Source: Methanococcus maripaludis (GTDB lineage: Archaea > AGJL01 > Methanococci > Methanococcales > Methanococcaceae). Taken from it: DNA of 32,000 nt. Shown in pieces: positions 18,728 through 28,779 of this stretch. The stretch covers positions 1,560,001 through 1,592,000 of the forward strand of contig NZ_CP026606.1 of NCBI RefSeq assembly GCF_002945325.1. The letters are read 5' to 3'. Made by a program: the position numbers and the translations under genes. The notes under the pieces were generated by a model. The model searched no databases. It saw only the letters and a program-made list of their open reading frames with translations, and had not been told where the DNA came from. Each line of letters opens with the position of its first letter. Positions within the stretch are counted from its first letter, which is position 1.

Positions 18728-19672
18728 TCAGTTGCTTAATTTTGACGAGTAAGTGCTGTGAATTACCATTCCAAATATTACAACAAGCAGTCCTAAATTT
18801 GCAAAAATGTCCGGGAATGCACCGCCCAATAGAATAAGTTCACCAAGTACTGAAAATACTATTTCTCCAGACTGGGTTGATTCGACAGCGGCAAGTTTTT
18901 TCATATCTTTTCTTACCATGTCCGTTGCTTTGAAAAAAAGCCATGTTGCAATTATTCCTGAAAATAATGCGACTATAAACGACTGAATGATCTGGTTGTT
19001 GTTTGGAATGCCTGACCTTAAAAGTCCATAGAATAAAAGTAAAATCCATGCAGGCATACTGCAAAGGGTCATTCCAAGTATTCTTTGAAATGTTGTTAAT
19101 TTACCGCCTGAAAGTTCCATTGTTTTTCTGTTTCCCAAAGGATATGAAAATGCCGCAATAATAACAGGTATAAATCCTAATACAAGGTCATTTATTGAAA
19201 CGGAAGTTATTCTTGAATACTGCATTAAGATTATCCCAAAAAGAATAATTAATGAAATAAAAAGCGACTTTTTTGGAATTTTATTCCTTACTTTTTCTAA
19301 ATTCCCATTATTTTCAATCAGGCTGTAAAATAATGGTGTTAAAAGGATTCCTGCAACAATTGTTACCTGCCAGGTTCCTGCAATAAGCCATGATGGGCCG
19401 TAGTTGCCTGCAAACGTAAGGGGTGCATAGAATAAAACAAAACCAACATTACTCCATATGAACCATTCTTTGAAATTGTTTTTTATCTCGAAAATTACTT
19501 TTTTAATGTTATTTTTACCGTAAAGTATAATCAAAAGGAATGGGAGTGTGAATATGTATCTTAGGGATGCTGAAAATATCCAATCTCCTCCAAAAAGGTC
19601 CATCTGCCGGTTTAAAACAAACGTAGATGCAAAAAAGAGCGATGAAAGAATTCCTAAAATTATAGATTTCAT
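18728..19672 (-). CDS. EmrE-like multidrug resistance efflux transporter (DMT superfamily)
   Basis: About 10 predicted TM segments; MKSIILGILSSLFFASTFVLNRQMDLFGGDWIFSASLRY, SSYPLGNR-like FSYPLGNRKTMELSG, VESTQSGEIVFSVLGELILLG. Confidence 0.8.
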   Translation of the reverse strand: MKSIILGILSSLFFASTFVLNRQMDLFGGDWIFSASLRYIFTLPFLLIILYGKNNIKKVIFEIKNNFKEWFIWSNVGFVLFYAPLTFAGNYGPSWLIAGTWQVTIVAGILLTPLFYSLIENNGNLEKVRNKIPKKSLFISLIILFGIILMQYSRITSVSINDLVLGFIPVIIAAFSYPLGNRKTMELSGGKLTTFQRILGMTLCSMPAWILLLFYGLLRSGIPNNNQIIQSFIVALFSGIIATWLFFKATDMVRKDMKKLAAVESTQSGEIVFSVLGELILLGGAFPDIFANLGLLVVIFGMVIHSTYSSKLSN

Positions 19673-19812
19673 AACGACACCATATATTTATTAAAATAAA
19701 TATGAGGGATTAAAATTTAAAACTTTTGATATAAGAATATATTAAATAGAATAAACTTACATTTTTAATATATTTGAGGATAAATTTTTGGATGAATTTT
19801 TTTGGTGAAAAT

Positions 19813-20109
19813 ATGGAATGTCCAGTATGTGGCGGAGAAAAATGCATAAGAAAATCAGCAGTCGAGATTTACAAAGACTTAATCGAACTTTTTTTTAAAT
19901 ATCAAGATAAAGAAAGCGAAGTTACATTTAAAAAGCACCCTACCGTTGGGGAAATCGGGGAATGCGAAAAAACAGGTAAGAAGTTGTGGTACTGTCCGTA
20001 CTGCGACAAACCATTTCCTGAAAATTATGAACTGAATAACGTAACAGTCGAGTGTCCACACTGTAAAAAGACACTTTGCATCCCTGTTTCAAACAGAACA
20101 TTCTGTTAA
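19813..20109 (+). CDS. Small zinc-ribbon protein (98 aa), function unknown
   Basis: Three CxxC pairs, CPVC, CPYC and CPHC, after a GGTGA RBS and ATG at 19813. Confidence 0.75.
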   Translation: MECPVCGGEKCIRKSAVEIYKDLIELFFKYQDKESEVTFKKHPTVGEIGECEKTGKKLWYCPYCDKPFPENYELNNVTVECPHCKKTLCIPVSNRTFC

Positions 20110-20113
20110 ATTA

Positions 20114-20611
20114 TTATTTTTCAATTTTTTTAGATTTTTTCAATCTTTTTTTAGCCTTTTCAAAAAATTCTTCAGGAGTATTTTCTTCTTCTCCAAGGTA
20201 TTTTAAAACGGTTTCTGCGTGTTTATAATATTCTTCATCAGGGTCTAAATCTCCCATAAACAGACCTTTACAGTTTTCCAAAAACCAGCCATCGTATGTT
20301 AAAACAAGGTTTTTGTCTTTAATTTGAACAGAATATGGTCTTAATCTACAGATAATTGGCCTAACTCTATAAATTTTACATTTATTATTTTCATCTAAGA
20401 ATATACACTTTTCTTTTGAGGTTTTGAGCCTTCCAGTCATTCCATCAAAGTTTACGAGGTATTTTTTAACAACTTCGTCAAATGGAATTTTTAAAAATCC
20501 TGCAATATTTGCAACGTCCTTTTTGGAAACGCTTGGAGAGTCACAGCAGCCACCGCACATTCTACAGTGCCATGCAATGTTTTTCAAATCTTTTTTAATA
20601 TCAATTTTCAT
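20114..20611 (-). CDS. YkgJ family cysteine-cluster protein
   Basis: WHCRMCGGCCDSPSVSKKDVANIA, KCIFLDENNKCKIYRVRPIICRLRPY; Cys-rich Fe-S/Zn cluster signature. Confidence 0.9.
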   Translation of the reverse strand: MKIDIKKDLKNIAWHCRMCGGCCDSPSVSKKDVANIAGFLKIPFDEVVKKYLVNFDGMTGRLKTSKEKCIFLDENNKCKIYRVRPIICRLRPYSVQIKDKNLVLTYDGWFLENCKGLFMGDLDPDEEYYKHAETVLKYLGEEENTPEEFFEKAKKRLKKSKKIEK

Positions 20612-20689
20612 AAAATTCACGTTTTCTTTTGATTTAAATTTTTAAATTTTTTTAATATCCTAAAAATTAAAAAATAGGGTTAATTAAAA

Positions 20690-21742
20690 TTAGAAGTATT
20701 CATGTACTTTTTTAATGCATGCAACAACGAGTTCGGTTGTTTTTTCGAGGTCTTCTGTATCAATAACTTCAACCGGAGTGTGGATGTATCTTGAAGGAAC
20801 AGATATAACGCCTGTTGGAATTCCATCTCTTGTTAAGTGAATTGCGGTTGCATCAGTTGTTCCTCCTTCTCCAACTTCGTATTGAACAGGTATCTCATCT
20901 GCTTTTGAAACATCCCTAACCATTCTTAAAACTGTAGGGTGCGTAATAATTCCTCTTCCTGATGCGTCAACAATTGTTGCAACAGGACCTTTTCCAAGTT
21001 CTACTGGCGCATCTTCTAATTTAATTCCAGGATGGTCTCCACAGATTGTAACGTCAAGTGCGAATGCAACATCGGGATTAATTCCAAATGCAGATGTTTT
21101 TGCACCTTTAAGTCCTACTTCTTCTTGAACTGTTCCAACAGCGTAAACCTGGCATTTTAAATCCATATCTTTGAGTAATTCCATGGTTTTTAAAACAACT
21201 GCACAGCCTGCCCTGTTGTCGAATGATTTACATGAAACTACATTTCCACCGAGTTTATCAAATTCGGACTTGAATGACATTGCAGTTCCAATTTCTACGC
21301 CCATTTTTTCTGCTTCTTCCCTATTTTTTGCACCGATGTCGATAAACATGTGTTCAGCAGAAATTAATTTGTTTCTTTCGCTTTCTTTCATTTTGTGTGG
21401 TGGTTTTGATCCTAAAACTCCAACAATATCGCCGTTATTTCCGTGAACGATAACTTTCTGATTTAAGAGCATCTGGTCGTTAATTCCGCCAATTTTTGTA
21501 AATTTTAAAAATCCTTTATCGTCTATATATTTAACCATGAGCCCGATTTCATCCATGTGTGATGCAATCATGATTTTTGGACCTGTAGATCCTTTTTTTG
21601 CAATTAAGTTTCCAAATTTATCTGTTTCAATACTGTCGCAGTATTTTTCAAGTTCTTTTTTCATGTATTCTCGTATGTTATCTTCTCTACCAGAAATTCC
21701 TTTTTCTGTTGCGAGAATCTTTAAATAATTGAGTGTACTCAT
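20690..21742 (-). CDS. M42 family metallopeptidase (tetrahedral aminopeptidase/endoglucanase-like)
   Basis: [85 protein letters not shown]. Confidence 0.95.
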   Translation of the reverse strand: MSTLNYLKILATEKGISGREDNIREYMKKELEKYCDSIETDKFGNLIAKKGSTGPKIMIASHMDEIGLMVKYIDDKGFLKFTKIGGINDQMLLNQKVIVHGNNGDIVGVLGSKPPHKMKESERNKLISAEHMFIDIGAKNREEAEKMGVEIGTAMSFKSEFDKLGGNVVSCKSFDNRAGCAVVLKTMELLKDMDLKCQVYAVGTVQEEVGLKGAKTSAFGINPDVAFALDVTICGDHPGIKLEDAPVELGKGPVATIVDASGRGIITHPTVLRMVRDVSKADEIPVQYEVGEGGTTDATAIHLTRDGIPTGVISVPSRYIHTPVEVIDTEDLEKTTELVVACIKKVHEYF

Positions 21743-22080
21743 AAAATCACCAGCTTATTTCTTAACTACTCAATTTTCATAATGATATCTATTCTATGAT
21801 TTAAATATGATTGTTTTAAACTAGATTGGATGTTTCATAATAAAAAATTTAATGAAGAATGCAGATAAATAAAATGATACAAAAAATTTATAAATGCATC
21901 TGATAATATTCATGTTATTAATGGATTGTAGCATGATGCCGTATAGGTATTCTTTGTAACACATTCGAACACAATACTTACGATTTATTTCTATTTTTCA
22001 TGTTATTGCAATTTTTAATAAAATCAGAAGAAAAAACGAAACAGATTTAAAAATTTATGTTTTTAAAATCGGTGAAAAGA

Positions 22081-22908
22081 ATGAAAAACACAAAAAATTT
22101 GAATTTTGAAGAATTAGCTGTTAAATCAAAAAGTTTAAGATATAATATTGTAAAAATGATAGGACTTGCAGAATCTGGACACCCTGGGGGATCCCTTTCA
22201 GCAATTGACATTGTATCATCTCTTTACTACAATATTATGAACTATGATCCAAAAGATCCAAAACAGGATTCAAGAGATCGGTTTATTTTAAGTAAAGGTC
22301 ACGCATGCCCTGCACTTTATGTAACCCTTGCAGATCTGGGCTATTTTAAAGAAGAAGAATTATGGAATTTAAGACAGCTCGGAGCTCTTTTACAAGGACA
22401 CCCTACAATCGAGATTCCTGGAATTGAAGTAAATACTGGTTCATTAGGACAGGGATTTTCATCATCAGTTGGTGTTGCTATCGGATGTAAATTAAATAAA
22501 TACGAAAATAACGTGTTCGTTCTTTTAGGGGATGGAGAATGTCAAGAAGGACAGGTTTGGGAAGCTGCAATGGCTGCGGCACACTACAAACTCGATAATT
22601 TAATTGGTTTTGTTGATAGAAACAAACTCCAGATTGACGGATGTACTGAAGATGTAATGTGTTTAATGGACTTGAAAGCTAAATTTTCTGCATTCGGTTT
22701 TGATGTATTTGAAATTGACGGCCACAACTTCGAAGAAATTGTTAAAACCGCAGAACTTGCAAAAACAATGAAAAACGGAAAGCCAAAAATGATTATCGCA
22801 AATACGATAAAAGGAAAAGGCGTATCATTCATGGAAAATAACGTTGGCTTCCACGGAAAAGCTCCAAATAAAGAAGAGCTTGAAAAAGCACTCGCAGAAC
22901 TTCAATAA
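22081..22908 (+). CDS. Transketolase, N-terminal (TPP-binding) subunit
   Basis: [81 protein letters not shown]; start ATG 22081 after GGTGA. Confidence 0.96.
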   Translation: MKNTKNLNFEELAVKSKSLRYNIVKMIGLAESGHPGGSLSAIDIVSSLYYNIMNYDPKDPKQDSRDRFILSKGHACPALYVTLADLGYFKEEELWNLRQLGALLQGHPTIEIPGIEVNTGSLGQGFSSSVGVAIGCKLNKYENNVFVLLGDGECQEGQVWEAAMAAAHYKLDNLIGFVDRNKLQIDGCTEDVMCLMDLKAKFSAFGFDVFEIDGHNFEEIVKTAELAKTMKNGKPKMIIANTIKGKGVSFMENNVGFHGKAPNKEELEKALAELQ

Positions 22909-22921
22909 TCAGGTGATTTAA

Positions 22922-23581
22922 ATGGTAATGATTGGTGCATCTATTCTTTCTGCAGATTACGGTCACATGGCAGAGGAAGTAAAAAAGGCTGAAGAAGGAA
23001 ATGTTGATTTTTTCCACGTGGATATTATGGACGGACACTTTGTACCAAATTTAAGTATGGGGCTTAGAGTTCCCCACTATTTGAAAAGTATAACTGACGT
23101 TCCAATTGACGTACACTTAATGGTTGAAAATCCTGATTTATTTATTCCTAAACTGGCAGATGCTGCAGATATGATTGCATTTCACGCAGAATCCAGTAAA
23201 TATTTATTTAGAACTGTTGACCTGATAAAAGAACACGATGCAAAGCCAATAGTTGCATTAAACCCCTCAACACCGATCGGTAACGTGGAATACGTTTTAG
23301 AAAATTTATATGGTGTTTTGGTAATGACTGTTGAACCGGGCTTTTCAGGACAGTCTTTTATAAATCCGATGATTAAAAAAATAGATAATTTAAAAAACAA
23401 AATATTGACTGAAGGGTACGATACAAAAATCTTTGTAGATGGTGGAATTAACCTGGAAACTGCGCCAAAAGCTGTTGAAGCAGGTGCAGATGGGCTTATT
23501 GCAGCTTCAGCAATATATGGAAAGGAAGACGTTAAAAAAGCAGTGAATGATTTAAGAAATTCTGCAAATTTTAGGATTTAA
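22922..23581 (+). CDS. rpe: Ribulose-phosphate 3-epimerase
   Basis: GASILSADYGHMAEEVK, FFHVDIMDGHFVPNLSMG, DVHLMVENPD, VLVMTVEPGFSGQSFI, FVDGGINLETAP. Confidence 0.97.
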   Translation: MVMIGASILSADYGHMAEEVKKAEEGNVDFFHVDIMDGHFVPNLSMGLRVPHYLKSITDVPIDVHLMVENPDLFIPKLADAADMIAFHAESSKYLFRTVDLIKEHDAKPIVALNPSTPIGNVEYVLENLYGVLVMTVEPGFSGQSFINPMIKKIDNLKNKILTEGYDTKIFVDGGINLETAPKAVEAGADGLIAASAIYGKEDVKKAVNDLRNSANFRI

Positions 23582-23637
23582 CTCGTAAATTAAATTTAAG
23601 AACTATATCTGAAGTTTATAATTTTGTGGTGAATTAT

Positions 23638-24576
23638 ATGAAAGGAACAAAAAAAGGAATGAGAGAAGCCTACGGTGAAACCTTAGCGGAACTTGGTGAA
23701 GTAAATGAAAATATTGTAGTACTTGATGCTGATTTATCAGGTTCTACTAAAACAGGAATTTTTGCTAAAAAATATCCTGAAAGATTTTTCAATGCAGGAA
23801 TTGCAGAACAAAACATGATGGGTATGGCAGCAGGACTTTCAAGAACTGGAAAAACTGTGTTCGCATCAACTTTTGCAATGTTTGCAACAGGAAGAGCATG
23901 GGAGCAAATTAGAAATTCTATCGCATATCCTGGTTTAAACGTAAAAATATGTGCAACACACAGTGGCGTTACAGTTGGTGAAGATGGAGCATCCCACGAA
24001 ATGACTGAAGACATTGCAATAATGAGAGCAATCCCAAAAATGATTGTAATTTCCCCATCTGACTATTTGGAAACAAAAAATGCCGTTAGGTGGGCTGCAA
24101 ATTACGAAGGTCCAGTTTATGTAAGAATGCCAAGAGGGAATACTGAAATAATTTTTGAAAACGAAGAAGAAGCAAAATTCGAGTTTGGAAAAGCAAGAAT
24201 TTTAAAAGAAGGAACTGACATTACACTCATTGCAACAGGAGAGCTCGTTCCAGAGGCACTCAATGCTTCAAAAATACTTTCTGAAAAAGGAATATCTGCA
24301 CAGGTTATTGCAATTGCGACAATAAAGCCAATTGATAAAGATGCAATAAAAAATTCAAAAGATTTCATAGTTTCAATCGAGGATCACAGTATCATCGGCG
24401 GACTTGGCGGAGCAATTTCTGAAGTAATTGCAGAAGAAGGATTGAATAAAAAACTCCTTAGAGTTGGTATCAACGACGAGTTTGGAAAATCTGGAAAAGC
24501 AGGAGATTTATTAAAATATTATAAACTCGATTCAGAGAGTATTGCAGAAACCGTGATGAATGCATACAAAAAATAA
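23638..24576 (+). CDS. Transketolase, C-terminal subunit
   Basis: VVLDADLSGSTKTGIFAKKYPERFFNAGIAEQNMMGMAAGLSRTGKTVFASTFAMF, CATHSGVTVGEDGASHEMTEDIAIMRAIP, YVRMPRG. Confidence 0.96.
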   Translation: MKGTKKGMREAYGETLAELGEVNENIVVLDADLSGSTKTGIFAKKYPERFFNAGIAEQNMMGMAAGLSRTGKTVFASTFAMFATGRAWEQIRNSIAYPGLNVKICATHSGVTVGEDGASHEMTEDIAIMRAIPKMIVISPSDYLETKNAVRWAANYEGPVYVRMPRGNTEIIFENEEEAKFEFGKARILKEGTDITLIATGELVPEALNASKILSEKGISAQVIAIATIKPIDKDAIKNSKDFIVSIEDHSIIGGLGGAISEVIAEEGLNKKLLRVGINDEFGKSGKAGDLLKYYKLDSESIAETVMNAYKK

Positions 24577-24635
24577 TTTTTAAATTAATTCTAAATAATA
24601 TTTATTTTAATTTTATTTTTTAAGGGGTTAGATTC

Positions 24636-25391
24636 ATGAAAAAAATCGGAATTTTAGAATTTTTAGTTTTAATTTCAATTTTAGTTACGGCCCTTGCAAT
24701 CGGTTATAATTTTTTAAGCCCAACGTCAGAAGCGTATACTTTTGATGGGGAAGAAATGTACAAATGTGCATGGGTTTCTGAAAATATAATGCTCAAAGGT
24801 TTTCCGCTCTACGCAGATATTGATGGAAGATGGACTGCAGATTCTTCAGACTTTTCTGATCGAGTACAAATTTTAGCTGCAAGTGGTGGAACTCTTACCG
24901 TTGCATACAACGATACTGAAATGACGATTGGTGGAAAACTTGCTTCAAAAGAAGATATTGCAGCAAGTAACATATATCTGGTTCCTTTAGGAAACACAAT
25001 TATTAGATATAACTTGGACTCTTTAAATGGAACTTCATTTTCAGAAATAAGCGATATTATTTACGATGACATTGGCAATGACTTAAATATTCTTGAAGTT
25101 GATATTGATGGTTCATTTGCGATTGATTCGGAAACTTTTTCACCAACAGAACAACTTGAAGTTATAAATTATTTCAAATATGAATCAGCTCTGCCAAAAA
25201 TGAGTTTTGTAGATGGCGGTTTAATATTAAAAGGAGATTTTAATTTAAACGACTTGAAAAACTTGGATGGCTTATTAAATCCTCAAAAAATCGTTACATC
25301 AAATATTGAAGTAAATATAATTGTGGAAAACGCTACTAATGAAATAAAAACTGAAAAATACAATAATGCAAAACTAATAACCTGGATGTAA
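24636..25391 (+). CDS. Membrane-anchored protein of unknown function (single N-terminal TM; DUF4330-like N-terminus suspected)
   Basis: MKKIGILEFLVLISILVTALAIGYNF anchor followed by about 220 aa soluble acidic domain; begins a tight same-strand run with the next two genes. Confidence 0.7.
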   Translation: MKKIGILEFLVLISILVTALAIGYNFLSPTSEAYTFDGEEMYKCAWVSENIMLKGFPLYADIDGRWTADSSDFSDRVQILAASGGTLTVAYNDTEMTIGGKLASKEDIAASNIYLVPLGNTIIRYNLDSLNGTSFSEISDIIYDDIGNDLNILEVDIDGSFAIDSETFSPTEQLEVINYFKYESALPKMSFVDGGLILKGDFNLNDLKNLDGLLNPQKIVTSNIEVNIIVENATNEIKTEKYNNAKLITWM

Positions 25392-25395
25392 TACT

Positions 25396-26469
25396 ATGAA
25401 GAAGTTTTTGGAACTTAATTTACAAAAAATCGGACCACACCACATATTTGTTGGTTTAGTATGTATTTTTGTACTTCTATCAAATGTTACCACGCTTTCG
25501 GCATGTATTGTATTATTTTCATCAGTATTTTTTTATATTTCTTTTATTGCAGGGCAAAATATCTTTAAAAAATTGGATTTTAGGCCTTTCGAAGTAAATT
25601 ATAAGTTTCATGAAAAGATAGGGCTTTTTTTACTTTTATTTGGTATTTTTTTCACGATAATGGATCTTTTATGGGTTAGGGGAGTTCCACTCTTTGATCC
25701 AACCTCTAGAAAATTTTTAAGTGTTATATATACTGCATTTTCGCATACACTTCCATTAGGTTGGGCCATAGTAATTTCAAGTTCCAAATTAAGTACTAAA
25801 AAAATATTTTTGTATTCTGGAGTATTTGCAGCGTTAATAGCACTTTTAGGCTACCGTACACAAGTTGTGGTGTTATTACTTTCAACAATTTTTGCAATGT
25901 ACTATTCAGAAAAAATAAAAAATAAACTCATGATTTATTCATTAATCGGACTTGCGCTGGTCGTTTGTGGACTTTCATTTTTAAGGCATTTTATATTAAA
26001 TATTGGTGGAAACCCCATACTTTCAAGAATAGATCTTACAATGAGTATATTTGATCTTATTGTCAAGAATTTCAATGGTAATTTTCAAGGAGTCATCCAT
26101 AACGCCGTATTTTCATCATATGGGTTAATTGATGGTCCAAAATATGGTCCAAGAACGTTAATTGCAAACAGTATTGGGGTAACTGGCGTTACAATCACAC
26201 CAACAATATTTGGTGCAGTCTTAATGGATTTTGGAACGCTCGGGCTCGTTCCCTATTTCGGGATTTTTGGGCTTTTAATGGGACTTTCAAACGAGGTTTC
26301 AGGTAAATTAAAAGGTTTATATTTGGGATTTTATTCAATAATGGTATCTTACTTGATTGTAGGGATTGAAACAGGTATTTTGGATCTTGATGTGGTTGTA
26401 ATGTATTTTTTAGGTGTAATTTCCACATTTTATGGGATTTTTAGGGGGATTTTAAATGCTAAAAAATAA
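25396..26469 (+). CDS. Polytopic membrane protein, possible oligosaccharide repeat-unit polymerase (Wzy-like)
   Basis: About 10-11 hydrophobic segments; central GYRTQVVVLLLS; later extended loop with YGPRTLIANSIG...VTITPTIFGAVLMDFGTLGLV, reminiscent of Wzy-like polymerases. Confidence 0.5.
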   Translation: MKKFLELNLQKIGPHHIFVGLVCIFVLLSNVTTLSACIVLFSSVFFYISFIAGQNIFKKLDFRPFEVNYKFHEKIGLFLLLFGIFFTIMDLLWVRGVPLFDPTSRKFLSVIYTAFSHTLPLGWAIVISSSKLSTKKIFLYSGVFAALIALLGYRTQVVVLLLSTIFAMYYSEKIKNKLMIYSLIGLALVVCGLSFLRHFILNIGGNPILSRIDLTMSIFDLIVKNFNGNFQGVIHNAVFSSYGLIDGPKYGPRTLIANSIGVTGVTITPTIFGAVLMDFGTLGLVPYFGIFGLLMGLSNEVSGKLKGLYLGFYSIMVSYLIVGIETGILDLDVVVMYFLGVISTFYGIFRGILNAKK

Positions 26470-27631
26470 TTTTGAAAAATCTAAAAATTATTTTAAAGAA
26501 AAATACGGGCTAGGACTTGATAACCCCATAGTAATAATTTTTATTGGATATTTCCTGATATTTTTGCTCGCAATTCCATATTTTGGAGAATTTGGGTTAA
26601 ATTCCCTTTTAAAAATGATATTGGTTGTATTTGGAAATTTGGCTATTTTTTCGATTCCATTTTTTATAAATTTTGAAAAAAAGATGAAATTAGATAAATT
26701 AAATTTAAAAATGTTTTCAGGGATTTTGCTTGGATTTTCCATGTTTTTTGGAGTTTTTGTTCTTTCCGGGAGTGTATTGTCGGCAATGCTATTTTCAGGA
26801 CTTGTATTTTTAATTCTACATATTTTTATAAAGAATTATTGCTCTGAAAAAATAAGTAAAATCATGTTTTTAATTGGTGTAGTTTCATTTCTTGCAATGG
26901 TTTTAATTTATGGAACTCTTCCAATTACCGATTACACAGTCAGAATGGCAATTTCAGATGATCCTTTAAGATTAATTTCTTCGGGTGCGCTCACGTTTGC
27001 AAGCCTCTTTAATTTTGGATATTTTTTAGTATCTTTCGCAATTTTGGCAGTAACGGGGTACAAAGCAAATGTTTTGGTATTAATCGTTGCATTTTTGCTT
27101 TATAATTACAAAAATAATAAAATAAGTGCAAAAAAAATATTTTTAATTGGAATATTTACCGTGTTATTTTTAGGAATAATGGCAAAAGCAATTCTTTCAT
27201 CATCGGGTCAATCATGGAGCCTTAATTTTTTAGAAATTTTATCATACCGGGCTTATTTTGATTTGATGACCTTAGAAAAGATTATAATGTACCCTACGGC
27301 ATTATACGGAAAAATTGCATTTACACCTGGTGGGGAGTCTTTAATTGGCGAAATAATTCATGGTTACAGACATAATATTACGTCAACCCTTTTTGGTCCG
27401 ATTTATTTGGATCTGGGTTATTACAGCTTAATTTTTTCATTAATATTTGGAATAATCAGTAAGTTAATATATAAAAAGAGCGATACTAAAATATATTCTA
27501 TTTATGGTGCTGTATTGTTATCAATGTGCGAAATCGGCATCAATTACGGTTTTTTAGTTACGATGTTAATGTTTTTGTATGTTTCAGAAAATCTGCATAA
27601 AAAGCCCATAATTAATAAAAAAATATTTTAA
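26456..27631 (+). CDS. Polytopic membrane protein, possible oligosaccharide repeat-unit polymerase-like paralogue
   Basis: Overlaps the previous ORF by 14 nt. Many TMs; GYKANVLVLIVAFLLYNYK and HNITSTLFGPIYLDLGYYSLIFSLIFG occupy positions analogous to GYRTQVVVLLLS and VTITPTIFGAVLMDFGTLGLV of the preceding protein. Confidence 0.5.
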   Translation: MLKNNFEKSKNYFKEKYGLGLDNPIVIIFIGYFLIFLLAIPYFGEFGLNSLLKMILVVFGNLAIFSIPFFINFEKKMKLDKLNLKMFSGILLGFSMFFGVFVLSGSVLSAMLFSGLVFLILHIFIKNYCSEKISKIMFLIGVVSFLAMVLIYGTLPITDYTVRMAISDDPLRLISSGALTFASLFNFGYFLVSFAILAVTGYKANVLVLIVAFLLYNYKNNKISAKKIFLIGIFTVLFLGIMAKAILSSSGQSWSLNFLEILSYRAYFDLMTLEKIIMYPTALYGKIAFTPGGESLIGEIIHGYRHNITSTLFGPIYLDLGYYSLIFSLIFGIISKLIYKKSDTKIYSIYGAVLLSMCEIGINYGFLVTMLMFLYVSENLHKKPIINKKIF

Positions 27632-27659
27632 TCGTTTATTTTAGTGTTAAAGTGGTATA

Positions 27660-28769
27660 ATGGTATCAATAAAAGATATCGGCAAAGATTATAACGTTCC
27701 CGAAGATAAAAAGTATCTAGTTATTGTCGTTGACATGGACGACGATGTTGGAAGAAAAGCAAATATTAGGACCCCTATTTTAAGTAGGGAGGATAATATC
27801 AATGCAGCGGTAAAGCTCGGGCTAACCGATCCAGGAGATAGTGATGTAAATTCCATACTTGGTGGAATTCAGCACTACGACCATTTAAAGAAAGAAGGAA
27901 AAGATGTTGAAATTGCAACAATTTCTGGGGATATTGATATCGAATCAGAGGTATGTGCAATTAAAATTAAGGAACAAATCGACTTTTTAATTTATCTCTA
28001 TGAACCTAACTTCATTTATCTCGTTTCAGATGGGAAAGAAGACGAAATGGTTTTAAAATACCTTGAATTAAAGGATATTTTTGTCTGGAAAAAGAGAATT
28101 GTAATTAAACAAAATGAATCTCTTGAATCAACATACTATCTCGTGCAGGAATTTATAAAAAAGACTATGTCGCAGTACATTCCGTTAATATTTACATCTA
28201 TCGGTTTTGCAATGATTTTGTATGCCGTATTTTCCGATCTAGGGTGGAGAATAATTGCAGGGCTTATTGGAATTTACATCCTGTCTGAAGGCGTTGGATT
28301 AGTTGAATCTGTTAAAAAAACACTTAGTGAAAGCAAAAAGGGTCTTGAAGTTGGAAAACTATCTCCTTTTGGAAATATTTTGGGATTTTTGATACTTCTT
28401 GTAGGTATACTTTATTCTTACAGGGCTTCGGTGGATCCCGAACTAACGGTATTTTTCGGAAAATTCCTGTTAAATATTGCAAATCCGTTAACGTTAGGCT
28501 TTGTGCTTTTAGTACTTGTTCATTTCATAGATGACTTAATACACACTGAAAAAAGTATACTTAGGCTTTTAAAAAGGCTATTCTTTAACGTAGTTTTAGC
28601 ATTCATGCTCAGACAGATGCTGATTGTTTCATCAGGTTATTTAATTGGATATAGCACTGAATTTACCGGTCTTGTAATGTATATTTTAGCATATGTATCT
28701 ATATTAATTGTACTTTCGGTTGTATTATTTCACGAACCAAAAAGCAGAGAAGGGTTAATTGAAGAGTAG
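27660..28769 (+). CDS. DUF373 family membrane protein
   Basis: KYLVIVVDMDDDVGRKANIRTPILSREDNINAAVKLGLTDPGDSDVNSILGGIQHYDHLKKEG, followed by multiple TM segments. Confidence 0.85.
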   Translation: MVSIKDIGKDYNVPEDKKYLVIVVDMDDDVGRKANIRTPILSREDNINAAVKLGLTDPGDSDVNSILGGIQHYDHLKKEGKDVEIATISGDIDIESEVCAIKIKEQIDFLIYLYEPNFIYLVSDGKEDEMVLKYLELKDIFVWKKRIVIKQNESLESTYYLVQEFIKKTMSQYIPLIFTSIGFAMILYAVFSDLGWRIIAGLIGIYILSEGVGLVESVKKTLSESKKGLEVGKLSPFGNILGFLILLVGILYSYRASVDPELTVFFGKFLLNIANPLTLGFVLLVLVHFIDDLIHTEKSILRLLKRLFFNVVLAFMLRQMLIVSSGYLIGYSTEFTGLVMYILAYVSILIVLSVVLFHEPKSREGLIEE

Positions 28770-28779
28770 TTGTGAAAAC

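Noticed and set aside
22081-24576. Split transketolase as a gene broken by frameshift or insertion
   Set aside because: Separate N- and C-terminal transketolase subunits are normal in archaea, and each half has its own start and stop and intact motifs.
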